This document shows, piece by piece, positions 18,292-27,613 of a stretch of DNA of 64,000 nucleotides; the stretch's first letter is position 1; each line of letters begins with the position of its first letter. Under the pieces are notes generated by a model. The model worked only from the letters and a program-made list of their open reading frames with translations, did no database searches and had not been told where the DNA came from. Origin of the DNA: an uncultured Gemmatimonadales bacterium (lineage in GTDB: Bacteria > Gemmatimonadota > Gemmatimonadetes > Gemmatimonadales > Gemmatimonadaceae). The stretch is taken from the NCBI GenBank assembly GCA_963793305.1, contig CAWBZV010000002.1, positions 64,001-128,000 on the forward strand, read 5' to 3'. Position numbers and translations under genes: made by a program.

Positions 18292-19372
18292 GATCGTCCA
18301 CGCGGTCGACATCGACCGTGACGCCAAGGCCCGGTGACTCGCGCGGCACCTTCACCATCCCGTCGGCGTCCATCGTCCACTCGGGCGTGACGATGTCGCG
18401 GTCCCAGTAGCGCGCGCTCGGGCTCAGGTCGCCCGGGAGTGTGAAGTTCGGCAGCGACGCCAACGCGACGTTGTACGCCCGGCCGATGCCACTCTCCAAC
18501 ATGCCCCCGCACCACACCGGAACGCCCAGATCATGAATGGCGCGCGCGGCGGCGAATCCTCCCACCCGGCCGGGCTTGATGTTGATGATCTTCCCCGAGC
18601 CGAGCGTCAGCATGTCCTGGGCGCGCTCGAGGCTGGTGATCGATTCGTCGAGGCAAATTGGCGTCGCCAGTCGTCGCTGTAGCGCGGCATGACGCACGAG
18701 GTCATCCTCGCCCAGCGGCTGCTCTATCATGATGAGATTGAACGCGTCCAGCTTCGCGAGGTGGTCCGCCTGGGCGAGCGTGTACGCCGAGTTGGCATCG
18801 GCCATGATGCTGACGTCGGCCCCTAGCGCCTTCCGGACGGCGGCCACGTACTCGACGTCTTTGCCCGGCATGATCTTGACTTTGATCTTGCGATAGCCGG
18901 CGGCCAGCGCGTCTTTCGCGCGCGTCACCAGCGCGTCGGGCGTCGCCTGGATGCCGAGCGAGATACCCGTGACGACGCGATCGCGCGTCCCGCCGAGGAT
19001 CTCCGCCAAAGGCTTGCCCGCGCGCAGCGCCGAAAGGCCCCAGATGCCCATCTCGACGGCGGCCTTGGCCATGTTGTGCCCCCGGAGATCGTCGTCGAGC
19101 GCCGGCTTGACTTGAGAGGGTGAGCCGAACGCAATGCCGAGTACGCGAGGCGCCAGCCACGACGTGATCGCCATCCACGCGGTATCAATAGTCTCGGGGG
19201 AATAGATGGGGTTTTGAAACGCCACGCACTCGGACCACGCGACGTTGCCGTCGGAGTCCCGCAACTCCAGCAGCAGGATGCGCCGATCGCTCATGACGCC
19301 CGACGAGATGCGGAATGGCTCGCGCAGCGTCAGTCGGATCTCGCGGAGCGCGAGCTCAGCGACCCGGATCAT
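18254..19372 (-). CDS. menC: o-succinylbenzoate synthase / N-succinylamino acid racemase (NSAR/OSBS subfamily, enolase superfamily)
   Basis: KIKVK, DANSAY, IEQPL, LDESI, NIKPGRVGG, WCGGMLESGIGR, PGDLSPS. Confidence 0.9.
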   Translation of the reverse strand: MIRVAELALREIRLTLREPFRISSGVMSDRRILLLELRDSDGNVAWSECVAFQNPIYSPETIDTAWMAITSWLAPRVLGIAFGSPSQVKPALDDDLRGHNMAKAAVEMGIWGLSALRAGKPLAEILGGTRDRVVTGISLGIQATPDALVTRAKDALAAGYRKIKVKIMPGKDVEYVAAVRKALGADVSIMADANSAYTLAQADHLAKLDAFNLIMIEQPLGEDDLVRHAALQRRLATPICLDESITSLERAQDMLTLGSGKIINIKPGRVGGFAAARAIHDLGVPVWCGGMLESGIGRAYNVALASLPNFTLPGDLSPSARYWDRDIVTPEWTMDADGMVKVPRESPGLGVTVDVDRVDDLTARRQVLTAAK

Positions 19373-20120
19373 GCGTCAAGATGTAGTAGCCGAGTTGCGC
19401 TTGCGTGTCGCGCGCAAAGCCGTCGACGCGATACCCGTTCTCGAGTGCCCACAGGAATGCGGGTCGCGTCCGCATGCGCCACGTCGCGCCCGCGGACGGG
19501 TCCGTGCGCAGCAGCGCACCGATGTCGAGCGGGACGGCGACCTTGAGTCGCGGCGGACAGTCGGTCGGCGTGCCATCGAGCAGCGGAATGCCGTCGGGGA
19601 TTGCCAGAGGCCGCGGCGTGGGGCGATCGAGCTCCCACGATGCGATGAACCGGTCCGTGCCTTTGAGGCCACGGAAGAGAATCGAATCCGAGGCCCCGTA
19701 CATATCGGGGACGTAGTCGAGGACGTCGACGCCGAGGCGGTTCAGGTTCAGGTGCGCGTTCTTGGCTTGCAGCGGATCGAACGTCCAGCGCATGCGCTTG
19801 ACGCCCAGGCCGCGAAGCACTTCGCGCTGGTACTCCTTGAGATGCCGGCCGATACCGGCGTTCCGCTCGCTCTCGCGGACGCCAAGCTGGTGCGACCAGT
19901 GGACGAGCTCACCGTTGTCGACACCGGTGATGCCGAACACGAATCCAATGAGGGCGCCGTCCGTGTCGAATGCGCCGACGGCGATGCCCCCGACTTTTTG
20001 GACGATCTTGAGGATCGCCGGCGGCACGGTATCAGAATAGTCCGCGCCCCACACCTCGTGCTGAATCGCGACACACGCGCGGTAGTCCTCGGCGGACTCC
20101 AGAGATCGGATCGTGGTCAT
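19356..20120 (-). CDS. GNAT acyltransferase, likely D-amino acid N-succinyltransferase
   Basis: HWSHQLGV, GIGRHLK, WTFDPLQAKNAHLNLNRLG, DMYG, TDRF; directly upstream of NSAR/OSBS. Confidence 0.85.
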   Translation of the reverse strand: MTTIRSLESAEDYRACVAIQHEVWGADYSDTVPPAILKIVQKVGGIAVGAFDTDGALIGFVFGITGVDNGELVHWSHQLGVRESERNAGIGRHLKEYQREVLRGLGVKRMRWTFDPLQAKNAHLNLNRLGVDVLDYVPDMYGASDSILFRGLKGTDRFIASWELDRPTPRPLAIPDGIPLLDGTPTDCPPRLKVAVPLDIGALLRTDPSAGATWRMRTRPAFLWALENGYRVDGFARDTQAQLGYYILTHDPGR

Positions 20121-20152
20121 GCCAGGGCGGGGTAAGTAAATGTGCGCATATT

Positions 20153-20169
20153 GTATACAGCCAGTATAC
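20153..20169. promoter_or_regulatory. GntR-type operator box 3 (GTATAC-N5-GTATAC)
   Basis: GTATACagccaGTATAC upstream of the GNAT-NSAR pair. Confidence 0.75.
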
Positions 20170-20269
20170 CATTGGAAAAGGCCCCAGGCCATACGGAAGC
20201 GCCCGCCCGCAGGTTTCACGGCACCCTTGTGCGCGAGCCGTTCCGCGCGTATCGTCGCGAGCACGGAAT

Positions 20270-20286
20270 GTATACACTAGGTATAC
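20270..20286. promoter_or_regulatory. GntR-type operator box 4 (GTATAC-N5-GTATAC)
   Basis: GTATACactagGTATAC upstream of the susC RBS (GGAGGT). Confidence 0.75.
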
Positions 20287-20311
20287 CGGCGGCCTTCCAG
20301 GAGGTGGGCGA

Positions 20312-23281
20312 ATGCATGAGCGTGGTCGGTGGTGGCTCGTTGCTCTCGCGTGGGTCGGGCTGGCGGGGGTAGCGGGAGCGCAGGGACCCGGAGGCACGGT
20401 CTCCGGCTCTGTCGTCAGGGCAAGCGGGTCCGCCCCGATCGAGGCGGCGCAGGTTGGCGTCGAGGGGCGCACGATTGGCGCCGTCACCAATGTCCGGGGC
20501 CGCTTCGTCATCAACGGCCTCACCGGCGATTCCGTGACGCTCGTCGTCCGGCGCCTGGGATTCAGCTCCGCACGCCGCACCGTCGCGGTCGGCGCCCGCA
20601 ATGTGGAGGTCGCGCTCGACGAAACGGCCGTGAAGCTCGACGAGATCGTCACCACCGGTACCCCGGGCGAAGTGCAGCAGCGCTCACTGGGGAATGCGGT
20701 GTCGACGATCGACGCGGCACCGGCGCTCCAACAGTCCGGTTCTCCCGATCTCGGCAATTTGATACAAGGACGGGCCGCCGGCGTGTCGATCATCCCCGGC
20801 AGCGCGATGGTCGGCGCCGGTCCGGCGATCCAGATCCGTGGCGTGAACACGATATCATTGCACTCCCAGCCGTTGCTCTACATCAATGGCGTCCGCGTGG
20901 CCAACGACGCCGGCACGGGTCCCCAAGGTCCGAACGTCCAGGGCAACCAGGTCACGTCGCGGCTCGACGACATCAACCCGGAAGAGATCGAGAGCATTCA
21001 GATCATCAAGGGCCCGGCCGCCGCCACGATCTATGGAACGGAAGCGTCCAACGGCGTGATCCAAGTCATCACGAAGCGCGGTGTGGCCGGGAAACCCGCG
21101 TTCGACATCCAGGCGCGTCAGGGTGCCATGTGGTTTCCGGATCAAGCTGGTCGGATGCCCACGAACTATTTCATCAACCCCTCAACCAGTAAGCTCGACT
21201 CGTGGAACGGCGCCGCGGTGGCCGACGCATCCGGCACCCCGCTCTTTCGCACGGCCGACCAGGTCGGGCTCTCGGGTTCGGTCGCCGGCGGCACGCAACA
21301 AGTGACCTACCGCATCGGCGCCGACTACGACTATGACAATGGCGTCGACCGCACCAATGCACAGCGGCGTCTCGCGGCCACGAGCAACGTGCTGTACCAT
21401 GCGACGCAGACGCTCGATGTTGGTTCCACGCTGTATATCGTTCATAACCATGCGGCCCTGGGTCAGGAGAACGGGCTCAGCCCGATGTTCGGAGCGCTCT
21501 TTGGCTCACCGGCCTTTTTCCCCAACAGCGATGGCTACTATCAAGCGCCGCCGTCGGCCGAGAATTCTGGGGTGTTCTCCAATACCCAGGACTTGAACGG
21601 GTTCACGGGGACGGCGACGGTCACGAACCGTCCGACCAGTTGGTTCAGTCATCGATTGATCGTCGGGTATGACCAGCGCAACGAGACCAATCAGGGACTG
21701 ATCAACTTCATGCCGGCGTCGGTCGCTCAGTACTTCCCTCCGGTGACGGCGGAGGGGTCGAACAGCGTGCAGAATCGCAACACGCAGACCACGACGTTCG
21801 ATTACGCGGGCACGTTTTCGCTGCCGCTCCTCGCGTCCCTGAAATCCAACACATCGCTCGGCGCGCAATGGTATTCACGCCACATCGATTCGACCGACGT
21901 CGACGCCTCTGAGTTCCCGGGTCCAGGCGTGTCAGCGATATCGGGCGCGGCGGTGATCCGGACCGATGGCGATTTCGTCACCAACAACACGCTCGGCTTC
22001 TACGGCCAGCAAACGTTCAACTGGCGCGACCGGCTGTTCATTACGGGCGCGGTCCGCGTCGACAACAACAGCGCGTTCGGCTCGAATTTCAAATGGGTCA
22101 CCTATCCCAAGGTCGCAGGCAGTTGGGTGGTCAGCGACGAGAGCTTCTGGGGGATTCACGCGATCGACAAGCTCCAACTCCGCGCGGCCTACGGCGAGTC
22201 CGGCAATCAGCCGCCGAATTTCGCCGCGCTCCCCTTGTATGTGTCGGCGGCCGGCCCGAACGGCTCGGTGGTCGCGACACCATTCGCGCCAGGCAACCCG
22301 AACCTGCAACCCGAGCGCGGCCAGGAGATCGAGGTCGGATTTACGGCCAGCGTGCTCACGCGCATCGGCATCGACTTCACGTACTACTCCCGGAACACGA
22401 CCAACGAGATTCTCTCCGAGAATCTGCCCCCGTCCAAGGGTTCCCCCGGCGTGGAATTCATCAACGCCGGCAAGGTGTACAGTCACGGATTCGAGATTCA
22501 GGCCACGGCGCAGGTGCTGCGCGATGGACCGGTCGGCCTCGACCTCTTCGCGAACACGTCGACGGACGCCAACGAGATCACCAATTTCGGCGGCCTGCCG
22601 CCATTTAACCCGTCCCCCTCGCTGCCAATCACGTACGACGAGCAAGGGTTGCCGCTCAACACCTACTTCTCGAAGAAGGTCCTGAGCGCCACGCTCTCGA
22701 GCGGCGTAGCGACCAATCTCATGTGCGATGGCGGCGCGAAGGCGGGTCACGCGCCGGTGCCGTGCGCCAGCGCGCCGCTCGTGCCGGTCGGGCAGCCGGT
22801 GCCGAAGTTCGTGGGATCGGGCGGCTTCGACCTCACGCTGTTCCGAAAACTCCGGATTCACACGCTCGTCGACGCGCGGACCGGCTGGCAACTCTTCGAC
22901 GCCGACAACTATCTCCGCTGCATCGACTTCGGCTACTGCCTCGCCTCGTACAAGCCGCAGAACTACGATCCGCGCTATGTGGCGGCGCTGCAGAGCGATC
23001 ACGGCAGCCTGACATACATTCAGCCGTGGATCGAGAACGCCGACTTCGCCAAGCTGCGCGAGATCTCGGGCACGTTATCGCTGCCCGACGAGTGGGCGCG
23101 CTCAGTCCGCGCGAGCCACATCAGCGTGACGGTCGGTGGTCGCAATCTCCATACGTGGACGAGCTACAAAGGGCTCGATCCGGAGACGCGCGTCGACATC
23201 ACCGATTCGTTCGTACCGTTCAGCCAAGCCCTCGTCCCTCTGCCATCGCAGCTCTTCACCACGGTCAACCTGACGTTCTAA
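20312..23281 (+). CDS. SusC/RagA-family TonB-dependent outer membrane receptor
   Basis: N-terminal carboxypeptidase-regulatory-like domain; plug DINPEEIESIQIIKGPAAATIYGTEASNGVIQVITKRG; C-terminal Phe. Confidence 0.95.
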   Translation: MHERGRWWLVALAWVGLAGVAGAQGPGGTVSGSVVRASGSAPIEAAQVGVEGRTIGAVTNVRGRFVINGLTGDSVTLVVRRLGFSSARRTVAVGARNVEVALDETAVKLDEIVTTGTPGEVQQRSLGNAVSTIDAAPALQQSGSPDLGNLIQGRAAGVSIIPGSAMVGAGPAIQIRGVNTISLHSQPLLYINGVRVANDAGTGPQGPNVQGNQVTSRLDDINPEEIESIQIIKGPAAATIYGTEASNGVIQVITKRGVAGKPAFDIQARQGAMWFPDQAGRMPTNYFINPSTSKLDSWNGAAVADASGTPLFRTADQVGLSGSVAGGTQQVTYRIGADYDYDNGVDRTNAQRRLAATSNVLYHATQTLDVGSTLYIVHNHAALGQENGLSPMFGALFGSPAFFPNSDGYYQAPPSAENSGVFSNTQDLNGFTGTATVTNRPTSWFSHRLIVGYDQRNETNQGLINFMPASVAQYFPPVTAEGSNSVQNRNTQTTTFDYAGTFSLPLLASLKSNTSLGAQWYSRHIDSTDVDASEFPGPGVSAISGAAVIRTDGDFVTNNTLGFYGQQTFNWRDRLFITGAVRVDNNSAFGSNFKWVTYPKVAGSWVVSDESFWGIHAIDKLQLRAAYGESGNQPPNFAALPLYVSAAGPNGSVVATPFAPGNPNLQPERGQEIEVGFTASVLTRIGIDFTYYSRNTTNEILSENLPPSKGSPGVEFINAGKVYSHGFEIQATAQVLRDGPVGLDLFANTSTDANEITNFGGLPPFNPSPSLPITYDEQGLPLNTYFSKKVLSATLSSGVATNLMCDGGAKAGHAPVPCASAPLVPVGQPVPKFVGSGGFDLTLFRKLRIHTLVDARTGWQLFDADNYLRCIDFGYCLASYKPQNYDPRYVAALQSDHGSLTYIQPWIENADFAKLREISGTLSLPDEWARSVRASHISVTVGGRNLHTWTSYKGLDPETRVDITDSFVPFSQALVPLPSQLFTTVNLTF

Positions 23282-23283
23282 CT

Positions 23284-24540
23284 ATGAAGACACCTATAGT
23301 TATCGCGCTCGCTCTGGTTGCCGCCGGGTGTGGCAGCCTCACGGAAACATCGGCCAGCCAGGTTCTGGCGAGCAGCCTGCTTCAACCGGCCAACGCGCCG
23401 CTGATCGCCAACAGCGTGGTCGCCGATTTTGAGTGCGCGTACGCCGACTACGCTACAGCGACGGGTCTCGTCAGCGATGAGCTGGCGGACGCGCAGCTGT
23501 TCGCCCTCGGGTGGGATTACGACCGCCGCACCATGGCCGCGACCAGCCCCATCCTCGATTACACCTGCGCGCCGATCGGCAACAATCCGGGCAGCCAACA
23601 AAATCCCGGCGTCTGGGCGCCACTGTCGACGGCCCGGTTCGACGGCGATACCCTGCTCAGCCTCTTGAATGGATGGACCGCCACGCAAGTGCCGAATCGC
23701 GTCCAGCTGATCGGCCAGACCGCCGCGTACACCGGGTACACGCTGACGCTCATGGGTGAGACGATGTGCGCCGGCGCCATCGACGGTGGACCCAAGATCA
23801 CGTCCGACTCGCTGCTGGGGCTCGCCGAGGTGCACTACGGCATCGCCATCACGAACGCCACAGCCGCGCATGACACCGTATCGCTCAACATGGCGCTCCT
23901 GGGCCGCGCGCGCGAGCGGCTCGATCGAGGCCAAAGTGTCAACGCCGCCGCCGACGCGGCGCTGATCCCGGCAGGGTTCCTTAAGGTCGCCACCTACGAC
24001 GGCGGCAGTACACGGCGTGAGAACCGGCTGTACACCGTCATGTTCCGTGACTTGTTCTATTCAGTCGACGTGCCGTTCCAGCATTTCATGACCAACGGTG
24101 CGCAAGATCCACGAGTGCTGGTCGACTCCACCGGCATCCTGGGACAGGACCAAGTGACCCATGTCTGGGCAGCCGAGAAGTATCCGACGATCGGCACGCC
24201 TATTCCTATCGCTCATTGGTCGGAGGCGCAGCTGATTCAGGCCGAAGCGGCGAATGACGCTAGCAACCCATCGGACGCGATCGGGTTCATCAACGCGATC
24301 CGTGCCAGCGAAGGACTGCCTGCGTACGCCGGGGCCACGGACCAGGCGAGCGTGCAAGTGGCCATTGTCCACGAGCGTGCGGCCGAGTTGTGGCTGGAGG
24401 GACACCGCCTGGCCGACATGATTCGGTATGGCCAGGCGCTCATCCCGTACTATCCACCCGTGGGGGCGCCATTTAAAGACGGGGGGAACTTCGGGACGCA
24501 GCTCTGCTTCCCGTTGCCGACGGTGGAGAACGGCACGTAA
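23284..24540 (+). CDS. SusD/RagB-family nutrient-binding lipoprotein
   Basis: Lipobox AAGC; EAQLIQAEA, INAIR, HERAAELWLEGHRLADMIR. Confidence 0.92.
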   Translation: MKTPIVIALALVAAGCGSLTETSASQVLASSLLQPANAPLIANSVVADFECAYADYATATGLVSDELADAQLFALGWDYDRRTMAATSPILDYTCAPIGNNPGSQQNPGVWAPLSTARFDGDTLLSLLNGWTATQVPNRVQLIGQTAAYTGYTLTLMGETMCAGAIDGGPKITSDSLLGLAEVHYGIAITNATAAHDTVSLNMALLGRARERLDRGQSVNAAADAALIPAGFLKVATYDGGSTRRENRLYTVMFRDLFYSVDVPFQHFMTNGAQDPRVLVDSTGILGQDQVTHVWAAEKYPTIGTPIPIAHWSEAQLIQAEAANDASNPSDAIGFINAIRASEGLPAYAGATDQASVQVAIVHERAAELWLEGHRLADMIRYGQALIPYYPPVGAPFKDGGNFGTQLCFPLPTVENGT

Positions 24541-24549
24541 CATTGAGCG

Positions 24550-25281
24550 GTGAGCGCTCAGGTACGGGGAAAGGCCGCGGCCAAGACGACGGGTGGCCGC
24601 GGCGATCGAACGGCGCAGGCCTATAAGCAGCTGCGCGAGATGATCGTCCACGGGCGGCTCGCCCCGGGCGTTCGGGTGATCGAGAACGACATCGCCGAAC
24701 GCCTGGGCGTGAGCCGCACACCCGTCCGAAGCGCGCTCCACCGGCTGGAGCAAGAGGGGTACATCGTGAGCGCCGGCTGGGACAACGAACGCCGGCTCCT
24801 CGTCGCTCCCATGACCGAGGACAACGTCCGCGAGCTGTTCCAGATCATCGCCGAGATCGAAGGGTTGGCAGCCAGGCTCGCGGCCAAGCGTCCGGCGAAG
24901 CAGCGGACGGCGCTCACCAGCCGGCTGCATCGGATCAACGAGGAGATCGCGGCCACCGGACGGTCAGCGCGTCCGGACCCCTCCCGGTACTTCGAGCTCG
25001 ACATGTCGTTTCATCGCACGTACGTCGAATTCGGCGCCGGGCCCCGCCTGAGGGCGCTGCACGATGCGATCAAACCGCAAGCCGAGCGCTATAACCACCT
25101 GTATACCACGGCTTTAACGGCCGCCGCCGATCGCTCGGTCGTCGAGCACGAGGCGATCGTGCGCGCCATCGAGGCCGGCAAGGGCGCCGCGGCCGACGCG
25201 GCCGTCCAGCGCAATTGGTGGAACGCCGCCGATCGGCTGAGTACCGTCATTTTGTCGCTCAACGAGCGGGGACTCTGGTAA
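24550..25281 (+). CDS. GntR-family (FadR/FCD) transcriptional regulator
   Basis: IAERLGVSRTPVRSALHRLEQEG; FCD domain with FH and EH. Confidence 0.93.
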   Translation: MSAQVRGKAAAKTTGGRGDRTAQAYKQLREMIVHGRLAPGVRVIENDIAERLGVSRTPVRSALHRLEQEGYIVSAGWDNERRLLVAPMTEDNVRELFQIIAEIEGLAARLAAKRPAKQRTALTSRLHRINEEIAATGRSARPDPSRYFELDMSFHRTYVEFGAGPRLRALHDAIKPQAERYNHLYTTALTAAADRSVVEHEAIVRAIEAGKGAAADAAVQRNWWNAADRLSTVILSLNERGLW

Positions 25282-25785
25282 TGGCGAAGACCCTGACGGA
25301 TCGTTTGTTGACTGAGTTGGAAAACGAAGCGGCCATCACCAGGCGTGTGTTGGAAAGGGTTCCGGAGAATAGAGGCGACTGGAAACCCCACGAGAAGTCG
25401 ATGCCGATGGGTCGCCTCGCGGGGCTCGTGGCCAACATGCCGGGGTGGATCGCCATGATGCTCACCCAGGACGAGTTCGAACGTCGCCGCTGGCCCGCCA
25501 CTACCGCCAGTCAAGTCGAATCAGGATCTCCTCGCCGCCTTCGACGCCAACGTCGCGAGATCGAAGGACGCGCTCAAAAAGACGAACGACGCGCATCTCG
25601 AGACGAAGTGGCGGATGCTCGCGCGCGGCCACGTCGTCAGCGAGACCTCACGATACGAGAACCTGCGGTCGGGCGTGCTCAATCACCTGGCCCACCACCG
25701 CGGACAGCTCACGGTGTATTTGAGGCTCAACGACGTGCCGGTGCCATCGATCTACGGGCCGACGGCGGACGAAGCGGCGTTCTAA
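25281..25785 (+). CDS. DinB/YfiT-family protein (one +1 frameshift near 25480)
   Basis: TRRVLERVP, WKPHEKSM; after removing one A: NHLAHHRGQLTVYLRLNDVPVPSIYGPTADE. Confidence 0.85.
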
Positions 25786-25824
25786 CACTTCGGCAGGCGT
25801 TTTGCTATTCGAGGCAATTGCCTC

Positions 25825-27039
25825 GTGTCAAACCCAAACCAGCCTCGAGTATATAGCGGCGATCGAATCGACACGCTGGATGGTGTCCGAGGGCTCGCCA
25901 TGCTGGCGGTGCTCGTCGACCACTCGGCGATGTGGATCACGCCCACCACCACGGTCGATCGCGCCGTACAAGCCGTTACCGGCAGCACCTGGTCGGGAGT
26001 CGACCTCTTCTTCGTCCTGTCGGGTTTTCTCATCACCGGCATCCTGCTCGACGCCCGAGGTGGACAGCACTACTTCCGGAATTTCTACGCCCGGCGCGTG
26101 CTGCGGATCTTTCCGATCTACTACCTCAGTATCGCGCTGGTCATCCTGGCGTCCTCCATTCCGGTCATTGCGAACCATTTTCCGGATGCGGCTCGCGAGA
26201 TCCGCCACGTGCAGCCGTGGTACTGGACGTACACGACGAACTACCTGATCGCCTTGCACGGCTGGCCGGCCGCGGCCATGCGTACGGCGCATCTCTGGTC
26301 GCTCGCGGTCGAAGAGCAATTCTATTTGATCTGGCCCGCGCTGGTGCTCCTCGTCGACCGCCGCACGCTGACGCGGATCTGTATCGGTTTGCTGATCGTG
26401 TGCCCGCTGTTGCGTATCGCGCTCTTTCTCACCGGCACGCCACCGCGCGACCTCGTGGTAATGACGCCGACCCGCATTGATACGCTTGCGCTGGGCGCCC
26501 TCCTGGCGATCGCCGCCCGGTCCGACGGCGGACTGGCCCGCTGGCGTCGCCCGCTCGCGTATGTCGCGATCCCGAGTGTCATCTTGCTGGCTTCGACACT
26601 CACGGTCCGGATACGGGTCGCGAACGAGTCCCCGGAAATCGCGACGATCGGCTTCTCGCTGATCGCGGTGATCGCCGGTACGTTCGTCACGTTTGCCGCG
26701 ACAACGCCAGCGGGCAGTCTCGCGCACCGCGTCCTCGCGCACCCCGCGCTCCGCGCCGTCGGACGCTATAGCTACGCGATGTACATCTTCCACCTGGCCG
26801 TGGTCGGCCTCCTCCACGCGCGCGGTCTGGCGCCGGATGCGATGCCCACCGTGCTCGGCTCACACCTCCCGGCGCAATTCGCGTTCACGGTCCTGTGCTT
26901 CGCGATCACGTACGCGATCGCCTTCGTCAGTTGGCGTCTCGTCGAGCACCCAATCCTCAAGCTCAAACGGTACTTCCCCTACGACCGGGAGCCGGCGTCC
27001 GTTTCTGTCCGCTACGTGTCCGATCGCCGTATAGCGTAG
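25825..27039 (+). CDS. Acyltransferase-3 family (OafA-like) O-acyltransferase
   Basis: LDGVRGLA, GVDLFFVLSGFLI, FYARRVLRIFP, HLWSLAVEEQFY, SYAMYIFH. Confidence 0.93.
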   Translation: MSNPNQPRVYSGDRIDTLDGVRGLAMLAVLVDHSAMWITPTTTVDRAVQAVTGSTWSGVDLFFVLSGFLITGILLDARGGQHYFRNFYARRVLRIFPIYYLSIALVILASSIPVIANHFPDAAREIRHVQPWYWTYTTNYLIALHGWPAAAMRTAHLWSLAVEEQFYLIWPALVLLVDRRTLTRICIGLLIVCPLLRIALFLTGTPPRDLVVMTPTRIDTLALGALLAIAARSDGGLARWRRPLAYVAIPSVILLASTLTVRIRVANESPEIATIGFSLIAVIAGTFVTFAATTPAGSLAHRVLAHPALRAVGRYSYAMYIFHLAVVGLLHARGLAPDAMPTVLGSHLPAQFAFTVLCFAITYAIAFVSWRLVEHPILKLKRYFPYDREPASVSVRYVSDRRIA

Positions 27040-27067
27040 GGGCCGCGCCAGGGCCATTTTCACTGGC

Positions 27068-27613
27068 ATGACAAACACCGCACTCTTAGTCGTGGACGCT
27101 CAGGAATCGTTCAGGCAGCGTCCGTATTGGACCGACGCCGATTTCCCGGTCTTTCGGGATCGTTTGCAGACTCTGATCAACGGCTGCGCCGAGCGGCAGG
27201 TGCCCGTCCTGCAAATCTTTCACGTCGAAGACGAAGGTGTCTTTTCGCTCGCCTCGGGTCACGTTCGGACTCTGGACCCGATCGCCATCAAGCCCGACCT
27301 CATCGTCCACAAGCGCATGCACAGCGCGCTCGCTGGAACGCCGATCGCCGGCTGGCTGACCGAGCGCGGCATCCGTCGCGTCATCGTCACCGGCATTCGC
27401 ACCGAGCAGTGCTGCGAGACGACGACGCGGCATGCCTCGGATTCCGGATGGAAGGTCGACTATGTCACCGAGGCGACGTTGACGTTTCCGATGGTGCATC
27501 CGCGGACCGGGCGGCGCTTCAGCACCGAGGAGATCCAGGAGCGCACGGAGCTCGTGCTCGCCGATCGGTTCGCGCGCATCGTCACCGCCGAGCAGGCGCT
27601 CAACGATCTGTGA
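27068..27613 (+). CDS. Isochorismatase-family cysteine hydrolase
   Basis: ALLVVDAQESF, K..HSA, GIRTEQCCETT. Confidence 0.9.
   Translation: MTNTALLVVDAQESFRQRPYWTDADFPVFRDRLQTLINGCAERQVPVLQIFHVEDEGVFSLASGHVRTLDPIAIKPDLIVHKRMHSALAGTPIAGWLTERGIRRVIVTGIRTEQCCETTTRHASDSGWKVDYVTEATLTFPMVHPRTGRRFSTEEIQERTELVLADRFARIVTAEQALNDL

Noticed and set aside
18254..19372. menC as evidence of a menaquinone operon
   Set aside because: No other men genes; the GNAT partner and peptidase context favour a racemase role
11433..20286. GTATAC repeats as a CRISPR array or recombination sites
   Set aside because: Short, kilobases apart, confined to promoter regions; no cas or recombinase genes
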